From Leucoraja ocellata (lineage: Eukaryota), in the NCBI GenBank assembly GCA_036785375.1, contig JAWMAR010000194.1, positions 3,844,001 through 3,908,000 on the forward strand: a DNA stretch of 64,000 nucleotides. The letters are read 5' to 3'. Made by a program: the position numbers and the translations under genes. Below are positions 24,498-37,479 of this stretch, in pieces; the stretch's first letter is position 1, and each line of letters begins with the position of its first letter. The notes under the pieces were generated by a model that was given only the letters and a program-made list of their open reading frames with translations, did no database searches and had not been told where the DNA came from.

Positions 24498-26013
24498 AAG
24501 CCAGGTTATTTTCATTTGGCACAAGTAATCCTGGATGCGTTTCAACAATGTACCAATTAAAAAATTATACTTTCAAATGCCACAACTGCGCATCGTTTAG
24601 ATGGGAGTGGAGGAAGAGAGTGTCGCTTTTTTCCCCAGGACAAGGCATATCCAGGGCATTCATTAGGTGAAGTGGTGAATAGGACAGTTGCATTATCTGA
24701 GGCGGAAGTGTTGGTTATGGAATAGTGGGGCGATGTGAGGGGACTTGCTTCTCAAGTTTAGGAAAAAGTAGAGAGGTACATTTTGTGTTCTTTTTCTAGG
24801 TCTGCACAAAACTTGAGAGTATTTAATTTACAACAGAAGTCTTTAATGCTTTACCCAATTTTTAGTTTTTATCGACGGTCGTCAGCGTTTTGGATGCGAA
24901 CGCTATTGGTTCTTCTTTGCCGTTCGGCGCCATTTGTGAGATTACTGCTCCAAGACCAGACGGCGTTGCATCGGCGGCCAGCGAGATCGGTTTCGATGTG
25001 TCATAGTGGACCAAACGCGTCTTCTGGGTGAGCATCTCCTTCAACCTGGTGAATACATGGTCACATTCTTTGGACCAGTGCCGTTCGACGTCCTGTTTTT
25101 GCAGGTTGCTCAATGATGCGCACAAAGTCGGAGGTGCCGGTATGAATTTGCCAAAGTAGTTCACCTTTGCCAATGAAGCTTTCAAGCTGCTTCACATTTT
25201 CGGGCGTCGGCAATTTCACAATGGCATCCACTCTTTCTTCCGATGGCTTCAGACCACTTGCTGAGATCACATGTCCGAGATATGTGACCTGTTGTCCATC
25301 CTCAACTACATGCTGTAGTTCAGGTTCTGTTTTAGGTTCTGCAGGTGTTCTTCCTCTGTCCGGCCGGTGACAATTATGTCATCCAGGTAGGCGGCTACGT
25401 ACGGAATCCCTGTAACCAGATTGTCGACCAGTTTCTGGAAGATGGCCGGTGCCGGTCCAAACGACAATCGGTTGTATCTGAACACGAGCAGATTTTTTGT
25501 CTCGTTGTCCAGTTCCACTTGGAGATATGCGTCGGACATGTCCAATTTCGAGAAGTACTGTCCTCCTTGCAACTTGACGAACAGTTCGTCCACTCATGGT
25601 ATGGGGTGTTGATCAATGTGCAATTGAGGGTTTACAGTCACTTTGTAGTCGCCACAGATGCGTACCTTGCCGTGAGGCTTCTGAACGACAACTATGGGTG
25701 TGGCCCATCTGAATGGTCCACATGGGTGATAATTCCCATTTCTTCAAAACTGCAGAGCTCCTTGTCGATGGCGTCCATCCGACTGAACGGAACTGGTCTT
25801 GGTTTGAAGAACTTAGGGATGGCATCGTCTTTGAGTATGAGCCGTGCCTTCGTCTTTGTGCAATGTCCGATGCCAAGTGCGATCTGTGGTAGATGACATT
25901 GCCATAGTTGATCCATCATAGATCAAGGCGTTCATGTCAAGCTTGAAAGCATGGATCCAGTCGATGGCACATCGGGATGTACCTTCTTTACCAACGACGA
26001 TCAGCGGCAACAT

Positions 26014-27054
26014 CTATGTCATACCATTACAGGAAACGGCGACAGTGGATTTGCCTTTCGTGGGAATGGGCTGTTGGAGGTGGATCGGCTTCAGTGTCGG
26101 CGATCCGATCCTCTCCCAGATGTCCTGACCCACTAGCGACACAGCCGCACCTGTGTCCACCTGGAACTGTAGATCGACGTTCGACACCTGCAGCAAAATC
26201 CTTGGCTTGTCGGTGATCGTAGACACCCCGAGCACTTCAATAGAAATGATCTCCTCGATTTGGTCGACTGTGTTTTGCGCTTTCTTGTCCTTTCTCAGCT
26301 TTCCTACGGATTGACACACTGCCTGGAGATGACCTTTTCGGTAACAGGCATAACAAAAGGACTCGATATACGGGCACTCACGGTGATGATGAGCAGTCGA
26401 GCCGCACCGGTAGCAGGGTTTCGATCCTCCCCCCACAGGGAGACGGCCCTTCTGAAACTGTCCCACCTTCTCCGGATTTACTCTGGGTTGATCAAGTGGT
26501 TTCTGGCGTTGCGGAATCTGGCGTTGCGGACGAGCCTGACGAACTGTATGCTCCTCCTGACGGAGCTTCGACGCTGTTTCGCCGGCCATTTTGTGCAGTT
26601 CTTTACTTAGCAGCTCAGCCATCTTAGCACACTGCACCACATTCCTCAATGAAGCGTCCGATTCCTTGAGAATCGCCTGCTGGATGAATGCATGCCTGCA
26701 GTCCATGACCAGTCTATCCCGCAACGCGTCGTCTTGGCATTTTTTGCAGCATTGAGCTTTAAAATCACATGCCTTTGCATTGGTGCGAAGTTCGGCAAGA
26801 AATTCGGTGATCGATTGCCCTTCCTGTTGCATCGTCCGGTAGAAATCGAGGTGAGCTACGAGGAAATTTTGACTTTCTTCGAAATGCAGCTGCAAAGCTG
26901 TTGTGATTTTAACATATGAAACTTCAGTTACTTCTTCTGTAAGTAAATTTTGAAGCAGTGCAAAAGTTTCTGGAGACATTGATGAACACAAGACAGCCTT
27001 CTTCCTCTGGCCAGTCGTAATTGCCATACTTCCAAAGTATAACTCAGCGCACAT
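26014..27054 (-). CDS. Gypsy gag-protease ORF (346 aa, open but followed by a frameshifted pol)
   Basis: CYRCGSTAHHHREC, CYACYRKGHLQAVC and FQVDTGAAVSL. Confidence 0.85.
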   Translation of the reverse strand: MCAELYFGSMAITTGQRKKAVLCSSMSPETFALLQNLLTEEVTEVSYVKITTALQLHFEESQNFLVAHLDFYRTMQQEGQSITEFLAELRTNAKACDFKAQCCKKCQDDALRDRLVMDCRHAFIQQAILKESDASLRNVVQCAKMAELLSKELHKMAGETASKLRQEEHTVRQARPQRQIPQRQKPLDQPRVNPEKVGQFQKGRLPVGGGSKPCYRCGSTAHHHRECPYIESFCYACYRKGHLQAVCQSVGKLRKDKKAQNTVDQIEEIISIEVLGVSTITDKPRILLQVSNVDLQFQVDTGAAVSLVGQDIWERIGSPTLKPIHLQQPIPTKGKSTVAVSCNGMT

Positions 27055-27176
27055 TCAATACAACAACCACCTTTCTCGCTGGGGATCGAATTGTCGAGAC
27101 GTGTTAGTTTGAGTTCTGTTTTTTTTTTTAATTAAAAAAAAGTCTCTTATCTGGGTCTTTGGACGCAATCTGAAGT

Positions 27177-27194
27177 ATCCCACTCCTGACACCA
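27177..27194 (-). promoter_or_regulatory. Primer-binding site complementary to the tRNA-Leu 3' end
   Basis: Minus strand TGGTGTCAGGAGTGGGAT immediately inside the 5' LTR. Confidence 0.85.
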
Positions 27195-27949
27195 CTTTCG
27201 TGTTCTTTTTCTAGGTCTGCACAAAACTTGAGAGTCTTTAATTTACAACAGAAGTTTTTAATGCTTTACCCAATGCTGGCAGCAAGACTACTCAAAATGG
27301 CTGCAACCACACACACTGTCTACAGGCAGGATAAACTATATACAAAACATCTCTGTTCTGTGCAGCTCCACCTGCTGCACGGGAGGAGCAACGGTTCCAC
27401 CCACCCCACAGTCCACCAAATATCACAGTACACGTCATATTTCTGTTTAAAAACACGCATATCAGGATTAAGGGGATTTAGTATAATCTTTTGCTTCCAT
27501 TGAGCACCATTTGGTAAAACTAGCAAAATACTTCACTAACAGTGACCTAGTTTGGTTTTGTGTGTGTGCATTAAGCTACAGGCATGCAACATTTAAACCT
27601 ATTAGCTATCACTGAACTACTTCAATCTGCTGAAATGATTAGTTTGGGAAACATTAATACTGAATTCAGAAGTGCATTTTTATTATATTTCTCAGCTTTC
27701 TTAATTACTCGTGGAAATATCAGTTATTAGAAAAAATGCTGATGTATGTAAATCTACCAATTAGTAGCAGTTATTTTGAGGAGAGCCAAGTGTAATGTAT
27801 CCAGCTGTTAATCTGGCTTGCAGTCTGGAATGAGGAGGATGAAAAGAGCATTAAAGGGAATATAATGAATGAGCAAATCTGACTGATAGAATATAATATG
27901 GAAAAATTATATCCATTATTGAAAGGCAGAATACAAGAATAAAGACATT

Positions 27950-29880
27950 TATTTGCTCCTGGGTTATACGGCACTAAACCAGCAAATCTCCATGCCCTAG
28001 AGAAGATGGTGGGGAACTGCCTCCATGAAATGCTGCAGGCCATGAAGTGTGGGTACCCGTGATGATATAAGGGAGGGAGGTCAGGATTTTGACCCAGTGG
28101 TGAGGAAACCATGTTATATTTCCAAATCAAGATGGTGTGTGGCTTGGAGGGCAGCTTTGAATTGGTGGTGTTCCCATGCTTTTGCTTCCTTTATCCTAGC
28201 TGGAAGAAATTGTTGGTTTGGAAGATCTTCTCCAAAGAGTTTTGCTGAGTTTCCGCAGTGCATTCTGTAGTCGGTGCCAATTGCTGATTCTGTGCGTTGG
28301 TGGAGTGAGGGAATGTGGTGTCTATTGAGCGGATTACTATGTCTTGTTTGATCATGGCTTCCTGAGTGCTGTTGAAGCTGCAATCATCCAAATAAGTAGT
28401 GAGTATTCTATCAGTCTCCTGACTTGAACCTGATAGATGGTGGACAGACTTTGGGGAAATGTGAAGTGAACTATTTGCTGCAGGATTCCTAGACTCTGAC
28501 CAATAGCCACATAGTGTAAATTTGGGATGACCTCTATGATATTGATAGTGGGAGAATTGAGTGTTGTCAATGGCGTTGAATGCATTGGGTTATAGCTATT
28601 ATTTTTCCTGATGGCTAGGGCCATTGCCAGGCACTTGTGTGGTGTGTCTGTTCCTTGCCACCTAACAGCCCAAGGCTGGATATTATCCAGGTCTTGATGC
28701 ATTTAGTTGTGAATTTCTCTATTATCTGAGTAGTCATGAATAGTGCTGAGCATTGTGCAATCATAAGAAAACAGCCCTACCTCTGAGCTAACAATTGAAA
28801 GAAAGCCTTTAAAGATGATTGGGCCTAACACAGCCATGAGGACCTCCTGCTGAGTTAATTATCTAAGGCAGAGGATGGCTTCCAACCACCGCAACCATCT
28901 CTGTTTGTGCTAGGTATGATTCCAGCCAGCAGAGGGTTTTGCCCATTTGTATCTTTTTGAAGCAGCTAGTTTCCTTTATGATGGGAGATCGATACCTGTG
29001 GGAGCAGTAGAATGTTTTCTACTCTCTGTAGCCTCCTTTAGTCTTGGGTGTTCGAGCTGATCAGTTATCTCTACCATACCGAGAGTATTTGGCGGCATCC
29101 TGAATTTTTTCCATCTTCTAATGAAGTGAAGATGTTGCTAAACTTTCTTTGTGTGCTAGGCCCATGTTGGATCCTCAGAGAGAAGCATATCCTGGAGCTT
29201 AACTGTTGACACTTTCCATTGCTACCCTGTTGATGAAGACTGGTTCATGGATTGACAGTCATCAATATTATTGGTGGAATGGTGTTATGACATTGCTTTT
29301 ACCTCATCCTATGTCTTTAGACATTTCTTTGTCTTATGGAAGATTGCCATCTATGTTGGGCACCACTGGAATTTGCTGAGATGCACCATCTACGTGGCAC
29401 TTATGGCTGCAGATACTTGCAAATGCTTCAGCTTTCTCTTTTGCACTGATTGCTGAGGTCTTCCCCTCCCCCCCCTCCACCCCCCACCCCACTAAGAATA
29501 GTGCAATATATGGAGCCTGCTCCTGCAGCAAGTTATTTAATTGTCCAGAATTAAACAATGGTAGACCAGGGGACATGCTGGGCTATGAGGTTGCCAATTT
29601 TAGTTGAATGCAATTTTGTTGCTGATGGCCCACGTTGCTTCAGAGATGCCTAGTCCCGAGTTGCATACAGACCTTATGGGGATTAGATCTTGTTTTCAGT
29701 GAAAATACGTTTCATGTTGCAAGGTACTACCACCATGCTGAATAGAACTATTTGCAGCCTCCCCGTTCCGCATGGTGGTGGTGGCTTTCCATACGAATGT
29801 ATTTTCAATGAAGACAGGATTTCATCTCCATAAAGTGTGTGGGGTCACTCCTACTGATACTGGCATGGACAGATTCATCT
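27950..29880 (-). mobile_element. Old non-LTR retrotransposon fragments (CR1/L2 group)
   Basis: QDLDNIQPWAVRWQ..PHKC.AM; TIY..QVR..IEYS; SAKEKAEAFASI.SHKC. Confidence 0.65.
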
Positions 29881-30029
29881 GAGGTGAGTAGTTATGTGAA
29901 GAAAAGATCAAATGGGCTTTTCCCCTCCACCTACCGCAGTGGCAATATATCTTGGCCCTTGGTCAGTTGTTCTACTGAGCCACTGGGGATGGATGTTTGG
30001 TCCCCCGCTCCTAGAGAACGTTCTGTGCA

Positions 30030-30410
30030 TTTGCTGTCTCCGTGCTTCTTCCAGGTGATTAATGGAAGGAATGTTCTGATTGTTTACCCTATCTATGCCG
30101 CTTACAATTTTATGTACTTCTATTAGGTCTTCCTTTAGCTTCCAATGCTTCAGAGAAGACAATTCAAGTGTGTCCAACCTCTCCTTATAGTTAATATCCT
30201 TTAATCCAGGCAGCATCCTGGTGAATTTCTTCTACACCTTCCCCAAAGCCTCTATCCTTCTTGACATGGGGTGACAACTGCACAGTATTCCAAATGCAGC
30301 CTAATCAAAGTCCTATAAAGATGCAATATGACTTCCTGACTATCGTGCTCAATGGCCGTACCGATTGAAGGCAAGTGTACCATGCACTGCCTTTACCACT
30401 CTTACCTAGT
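30030..30410 (-). mobile_element. CR1 fragment
   Basis: MLPGLKDINYKERLDTLELSSL...DLIEVHKIVSGIDRV. Confidence 0.8.
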
Positions 30411-30559
30411 GTCAAGAAGGTCCAGACAGGAAATGTCATATTTTCTTCTCTTCATTTAACATGTTCATTAAATGGTAGGCGTAAAACAAACTATTTCTGT
30501 TTCATGGAAGGGAATAGCATATGGATGTATGTTACTCCTGATAGGGTACGGCCGTGACA

Positions 30560-31140
30560 TCTGGTCTATAACGTAGCAATGTGGCTGATTACATTAGTTT
30601 TGGGCTAGAAAGCTAGTTCCCTTGGGGTGACAGCTGTAGGGATGCTGCAGCATTCGTGCTGCTTGTTTGTCGAGATTGTCACATGAGCGAGGACTGCATT
30701 TTCTGCGTGATGGTCCAATGCTTGTTGTTTTCTGTGATGTGTCAATGTTGAATCTCTTCAGGGATATCCTGAGAGTCTTTGAATCTCTTGTTCTGCCCAT
30801 CGCGTGCTTGTTTGTCAGCTCTCCTTAAACTAGCTGCTTTGTTATTTTGTCTTCTGACATGTCCTTGGCACCTGATCTGTGATACTTTTAGCAATTTGTA
30901 AATTCTGGGGAGGTTTGTTTGGGACAGAATCTGTGTCAGGAATCTTGTCTTGCCACTTGATATGAAGTATTCTGCACAGACGGAGCGTTTGGCATGTCGA
31001 CTGCACACGGTCTATGTCTCTGGCGATGTGGAAATGACAACAGCACGGTACACCTTGGACTTTCGGCTGATTTCTCTTCTTCCCCATGCTTTTCAGTTCC
31101 AAATGCAGAGCTGGCTTGTGCTGTCCTCTTGTTAACAAAT
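30560..31140 (-). mobile_element. RTE-clade LINE 3' fragment
   Basis: LCRILHIKWQDKIPDT, R.QGHVRR and RFKD..K.SLKRFNI motifs. Confidence 0.7.
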
Positions 31141-31462
31141 AATCACACTTTGGACAAATTACCCATGCTTTTCAAATTGCGGAATTTTGCTGCTAATTAA
31201 TGTTTTAAAATTCCTCCTGTTTTTTGGAATGCTAATTGGTTTAAAAAGCTTCAAAATAATATAGGAGTGAATAAATATTTGTTCCTGCAATGTAATTTAC
31301 ATTCTAATCACTGTAATTCATGTTGATAAACTTAGAAAACATCATTCAACACATTTTGTCACATTGGTAATTTATGCATATAATTGATTTTGGCATCATA
31401 AACTCTGGATACACATAGCCATTTGCATATTTTAAAATCATGTTTTTGTATATTTATAATAG

Positions 31463-31583
31463 GGCAGGGACCCTGTGCATGTTTGCAGCAAATCAAAACC
31501 TTACCAACCAAATTAAAGGTGTTAAGAAGCTGGTCAACAACAACTTCCAGGATCTACACACTTTGCTCGATCAAGCACCAACA
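31463..31583 (+). CDS. PROM1: Prominin-1 exon, 121 nt
   Basis: aatag|...|gtaaga; AGTLCMFAANQNLTNQIKGVKKLVNNNFQDLHTLLDQAPT. Confidence 0.95.
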
Positions 31584-31665
31584 GTAAGAAATATTTTGGC
31601 TGAATAGAGAAGGAAGATTTAAAATGTAGTGAACTTCAGCAAATGTTTTTTTTTTTTTCTTTCAG

Positions 31666-31729
31666 CAAATAAAATATATCATACATCAATATGACACAAC
31701 CAAGAACAGAGCATTCTCTGATCTTAACA
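31666..31729 (+). CDS. PROM1: Prominin-1 exon, 64 nt
   Basis: ttcag|...|gtaagt; QIKYIIHQYDTTKNRAFSDLN. Confidence 0.95.
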
Positions 31730-31819
31730 GTAAGTAATCCTTTTTTAGTTTACTTTAAATGAACTTGTGTTTATTGGCTATTGCAATGAGCTGTGACAGC
31801 TGGGCAAGGTGCTTCACAA

Positions 31820-32720
31820 GAAGACATAAGAGACTGAATGCTGTAATCTGGAGCAAATAATGCTGCTGGTGGACCAGTAGTAACCTGGCAGCACTTACGG
31901 AGGGAGAGGGATAGCAGGTGTTTCAAGTCACACTGGGGACATTCTTCTACCTCCATAGATGCTGCTTGACCTGCTGGGTTTCTCCAGCAGTTTAATCTGC
32001 ATACTGAGGAAAATGTATTTGTTTCCAGTAATTTATGGTTGCTGCAACTGTCCGTGCCGCTGAAGAGGAAAGTAGCCAAGAAATGTACTAAATTGTCAAA
32101 GGTATTTCTGGGTGGAACTGGTCAGTTGGGGGAAATGATGGGTGGATGGAAACAGGTAGGGAAGAGTAACAAATCCAGGTAACTGGGTTGGGGGGAGAGG
32201 GAAGGTGAACAAAGGAAGTGGGAAGGTAAATGGAAGATGGACACAGGGTGTAAGTTACTTGAAATTGGAAAATTTAATGTTCATATTATTTAGGTTGTGG
32301 GCTACTCAAGTGGAAAATGAGGTTATTTTGTGAGTTTGCTTTTGGCTTCAACACTGCAGAAAAGAAGATGAGGACAGACAGCTTGGTGTTGAAGCATTTG
32401 AAATGATGTACACCAGGAAGCTCCAGTTGTGCAAATGTAGATGTAGGGCAGGTGCTCTGCAAAACAAGCACCTGGTCTACATTTGATTTTGCCGGCATAG
32501 GTTGGCGGGGGGGGGGGGGGGGGGGGCGAGGCCTACATCAAGAGCATGGAATACAATAGATGAGGTCGGAGGAGGTGCAAATGAATCGCTGCCTCTCTCT
32601 GCTTGGTTCGCTGGATGGTGATTGATGTGGGGAGGTGTAGGGACAAATACCAGGGGATGAGGGGCAATGAGGTCGGAGAGTCACAGAATGAGTTGCCCCT
32701 GTGAAGAGCAGAAGGGGGAG
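31820..32720 (-). mobile_element. Degenerate Penelope-like remnants, including a collapsed palindromic module at ~31825-32000
   Basis: ttacttgaaattggaaaatttaatgttcat; reverse of the GIY-YIG region gcacctcctccgacctcatctattg. Confidence 0.55.
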
Positions 32721-34029
32721 GTGGAATAGATACTGAATTTAGGTCTAATAATATATGGATAATTAAAACGTGTTTTGCACCAAAATGTAATTATTTTTAA
32801 TATTCAAATGATAAGGAAATCTGGAATTCTGTGCAACAAAATGGAAATATTAGGTAACCAAATGAATAGAATACCCAAACATCTTATTTTCCCTTGCAAA
32901 TGCTACCTGATCTGTTGCATTTCTATCAAATTGTAATTTTTCATTATTGTCTTTACTGATCTGTACACATTGATTGGCAAACATCCAGCAGTATATGTTG
33001 AGTTTCAAAATGTCTATATTGCACCTTTTTATTAGTGTGCAATAAGATCAAAGGATACTTAAAAACAATTTTACTGCTTGCATTTCTTGCTGATCACATT
33101 GTGCCTGTTGCTTCTGTTACAATCGACCTAATCAATTGAGGTGTTTACAAATAAAATGAATTGTATTGCGAAGCATGGCAAGTGGGATTGTCTTGAGGTT
33201 TATTGAATTTTACTTCATTATAATCTGCTTTATTTCATATCATTTAATATGACAAATTAAAATGTCAACATTCCCTAGAGATCCATCACTTTAAAATGAT
33301 CTATTTCTGTTCAAGGACACTTGAAGGTATCTTGAGATAGTCAAATGTTTTGGGAAATGGGCTCTCCAATACTCGACACTTGCATGAGTTGAATGCCAAG
33401 TGACTCCAGAATGCTTTCCTCCATTTACTATGGATATCTTGTATTCCATGACATTATTACTGGACGTGGGTGGGGTGGGGGGGTCATTAGAGAGAAACAT
33501 TTTGCCAGCGCTTGTGGAACCGGTAGGCTGTGTTTTCTGCCCAAAGGCATTTAAAATTTGGCTACAACCAAGATGATGACAATAGATCACTTTTAAAGTT
33601 TTATGCAGCTGAAGATTGGAATATGGGCATAACTAGTAACTAAAATTCAATGCACCATTTACTCTGGATGCCTGTGCTCACGCATCTGTGGTTAGACTGA
33701 AGCCAACACACTCACAGCTGATCGCAAAATGCCAGAAAGATCTGGTAACCTCCAGCAGGAAATTCCCATTCCAGCTTCTGTTGCTGCCAACTACTTCATT
33801 TCTGACATATGGCATCCTCTGTCGTGAAACTGGTTGAATAAGCTCTTGCATTAAATCAGGCAGGCACAACATTTTTTGTGGATAAGAGTAGATTGACAAG
33901 TCAAAGGTCATGTGTAATTTATGCAAAATGTGGTGCTGATGTATTTAGATGTTATGTTTGTTAGCCTTAACTGGCAGTTCATACTGTTTGTTTAAAATGG
34001 TTCTGCAGCACAAAAGCAAAAGAGTCCAC

Positions 34030-34605
34030 TTATCAAACTTGGATCAAATGCGTCCCCGCTCATTCTTGCACACTTGCATTCATGACTTCCTCATCAGCAC
34101 ACTACAATCACTATAAATTGGCAACAATGCCTACTTCTCCGTGATCATCACAAGCGCACTGATGTGTGCAGTCCCCTGCTCGATTCACTCTGTGCCCACT
34201 ATATTCACTGACTATACCACTGTTGTTGGATGAATAACAGGCAACAATGAGCCAGAGAGCAGTAGGGAGAATGGCAATCTAATGGAATGATGTCAGAACA
34301 ACAATCTTGCGCTCAACATTAACAAGATTAAGGAACTAATTGTTGACTTTAGAAGTGGAGTGCTGAAGATCCATGAACCTATCTTTATTGACATGATGGC
34401 AGTGGAGAGAGTCAACTACTTTAGATCCCTGGACATTCATATTTCTGAAGATCTATCTGGGAGCTCAGCATGTTGATGCAATCACTAAGAAAGTTCATCA
34501 ATACCTCTACTATAATAAATTGAGGAGATTTATTATGTTGATGAATACTCTATTTAACTTGTACAGGTGTCTACTAGGGAGCTGACTGACTGGTTGCATC
34601 ACGGG
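34030..34605 (+). mobile_element. Rex/L2-type RT fragment
   Basis: FTDYTTVVG..LALNINKIKELIVDFR..VERVNYFR.L readings. Confidence 0.7.
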
Positions 34606-34684
34606 TTTAAAAATAAATTCTGGCAAAAATAACTTGCATAAATTGCATTTCTCAGAACTAACTGACATTCTTTCTCCTGCTTAG

Positions 34685-34774
34685 ATATTGACCGTGTACT
34701 TGGTGGTAAAGTGAGAGCTCGCTTTGCAAAGGATGTTATTCCTGCGCTGGATGCTTGCTTCCACATGGCCAAAG
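34685..34774 (+). CDS. PROM1: Prominin-1 exon, 90 nt
   Basis: cttag|...|gtttgt; IDRVLGGKVRARFAKDVIPALDACFHMAK. Confidence 0.93.
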
Positions 34775-36108
34775 GTTTGTTGAGTGCATGATGTAGTGTT
34801 TAAGTGTAGTGCAATGAGTGTAATGCTTAATTATAACCTATTTTAAATTATAACCAAATAGTGCAAATCTCTGTATTGGTGGGGGTGGGGGGAATGGGTT
34901 TGCAGGGAGTGGAATTGGAAGATACACGGATTCCATAACATGCAGAGAACATTCTATACTTGGCTAACACCATGTGCAACTTGGAATTTAGGGTGACGCA
35001 TTGTAGGGTGAACTGGGGTCCTCGTTATTCTAAATGAAGATGTTAAATGACAATCTGTTGTAAATTAGACTTATTATACACTAACAGCTGGACTTCTGCA
35101 AGATATACACCTACTGACACGGATGTACAGAGAGTTAAATGCTGCAGATTTTATTCAAACAAAATTCAAATCTTTTCATGGATACATTTTATTAATGCTC
35201 CTACTTCAATTAATAAAGTTATTGCTATAAGCTTCCACATTTGTATTATAACCATGTGATTTAAAAGAAAACTAATTTTGAGTGCTGAAAAAAATTGCTG
35301 TTTAGTTTTATTATACCTCTTAGAGAAGTGAAACAGGTTAAAGAACAATATGTAATGAACATCTTCAATGCAGGGGTTAAAATGCATTTGAGATAAATAG
35401 TTGCAACGTTATTGTTCATTCATTCTAATTAAACAAATTTCTGCAGACAATTGCAGCATGCTAGAATTTCGTGCTATCGTAACCATGTTGGCAGTCAGTT
35501 GAAAAGGCATCCCATTTGGGTGGCAAGTGTGTCATGACTGAATTTTCTGTAATTAAGCTGTTTTATTTGCCTCCATCTATGATTGGAATTTTCTATGTTG
35601 ACCATTCCTTTTATTCTCCAAAATCCTGTAACTTTTGCAAATTTTGATCCTAATCTTGGATACCATGCCCAGCTTCCTGTTGTTTCATAGATGATGTGTT
35701 CGGCCAGTCTATTAAAATGTGCAGAGGAGGGTGTGATAGTTAATCTCAACCCCGTCCTTGTACATTGCACACACCATCCAACAGAGTTTGTAAGAGCTTT
35801 AGGTGAAAAAAATTGTCAATAGATTAGATTTCTTCCTTCATATTATTCTACCTGGGAATAGTTGACATAATGATCTGATCTGGAATCATATGGGTCAACA
35901 TCATGTGAGAAACTGGATTAAGGAAGTGCTTCAGTTTAAGCACTATAATGTGAAACGGTTTACAGAAAATAAATTCTGCTTATTGGTAATGTAAAGCACC
36001 CACGCTTAAAAAAAAAACTAAGGAAAGGTTGAGCAAGTTCTTTTTTTCCTCCTATGTTCTACACTTTTCTATTATCTTTCTTTGGTTTATTTCTTTCTTG
36101 CATTGAAG

Positions 36109-36132
36109 CCACAGTGAAAAGGGCTATCAAAG
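36109..36132 (+). CDS. PROM1: Candidate prominin-1 24-nt microexon (ATVKRAIK)
   Basis: Follows a ~60-nt polypyrimidine tract; tcttgcattgaag|CCACAGTGAAAAGGGCTATCAAAG|gtaaat; symmetric phase 1-1 and stop-free. Confidence 0.75.
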
Positions 36133-37479
36133 GTAAATGTGGTATCAGTTATGTGAATTGTTTGTTCATGATCATTTTGTCTAAATTCATATTTAATTGT
36201 TGTGCTTGGCCTTGTTGTGGATTGTACTCATTGGATAGTCATATTTATTTAATTTACCTTGGAAATTATTTAATTGCACAGAATCCACCAGTCTGCAAGA
36301 GTTATGTGATGTTATTGAAATAAATTATATTTTAATAAATTTGAGCAATATTTATATATTTTTTAAATATTGAATGTTTTGAATTGGTATCGACATTTAC
36401 AAATGTTTGCCAGAATCATTATTCAAAGAAAAAAAAAATCTAGACATGCTGTACACAAAGGAGCTTTTGTAACATGAATTTGACAAAAACAAAATTAAAA
36501 TCCAGTGATAAATGGTCCAAAATTCTCAGTTTTGAAATGTGTTACGTTTTCATTTCTGTGTGCTTTAATATTGGGTTTTCAGATGCTGCATGCTGTGTTG
36601 CTAAATGATGTGGAAGCAGGTAGCCATCTAGAGGTGATAAATCAGTACTTCACATTTTGCCTAGAGCACAAGTGCTGGAGTATCTCAGCGGGTCAGGCAA
36701 CATCTCTGGAGAAAATGGATAGGTGACTTTTCAAGTCGGGACATTTCAGTTTTTTTTTTTTTTTTTTCCCCAGGAATCTTTATATATTCTGACTTTTGAG
36801 GCTTTTAACATCTTAATACAAAACTGCACCTAGAAATGGATCTTAATGTTTCAAATATATACTTCAAATGGAAGATTGAACACATTTTAAAGAATCCAGA
36901 AAATGCCTTTTTGCTGCCAATAAACAGCCCATGCATAAAGCATGTGAATCTTCTTTGAAGAATCAAATCAGATTTTTATACATCTGCTGCAAGATTTTCC
37001 ATGTTTTTTTAAATTGTCTCTCCTCTATTGTATTCCATCTCTGAAAGTTTAATCAAATTAATTAAATTCCCTTCAGTTCAAAGTTGGAAGGACCAAAGAC
37101 ATTGGGGTCATATCTTCCACTGACCAGCAAGCTCACCGAGCCTCCTGCTGATGTGTTTCTTCCAGTATGACCCTCGATGGAGCCTCTTGTGAACCTGCTG
37201 ATTATGGACGAGCATGGCACAGGCACTTCTTCAAATTCATGTAGTCAGCTCTTCAACTGCAATGGCTACAGTAGATGGTGTCGCCATGCCCCAGGCTTGC
37301 CACCTGTCCTTGTCATTGAATATGTGAATATCTTTGACATTCCGACAATGAACCTATCAAAATTAACAAAAACGCAAAAAATTGTAACTCCCGCACACAA
37401 CAATTTTATTGTTAATTTAAATGCATATGTCATCCTGCAATGGCTGTTCCAGTTATCTTAAGTGAGGCAGGTGGAAATT

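Larger units (their letters stand above)
24781..27437 (-). mobile_element. Gypsy LTR retrotransposon (Mag-like), 3'-deleted
   Basis: 5' LTR ~27196-27437; PBS; gag with two CCHC knuckles; protease DTGA; RT YLDD; partial RNase H (ADAT..GLGAV..PIAFASKTL); 79-bp 3' LTR remnant at 24781-24859. Confidence 0.93.

Noticed and set aside
27177-27194. tRNA-Leu gene fragment on the + strand
   Set aside because: Only the 18-nt 3' end including CCA is present, directly adjacent to an LTR, so it is a primer-binding site.
32506-32526. Long G/C homopolymers (also ~9111, ~10417, ~19433, ~57704) as functional G-quadruplex elements
   Set aside because: They lie inside repeat remnants, are slippage- and sequencing-error-prone, and show no positional pattern relative to exons.
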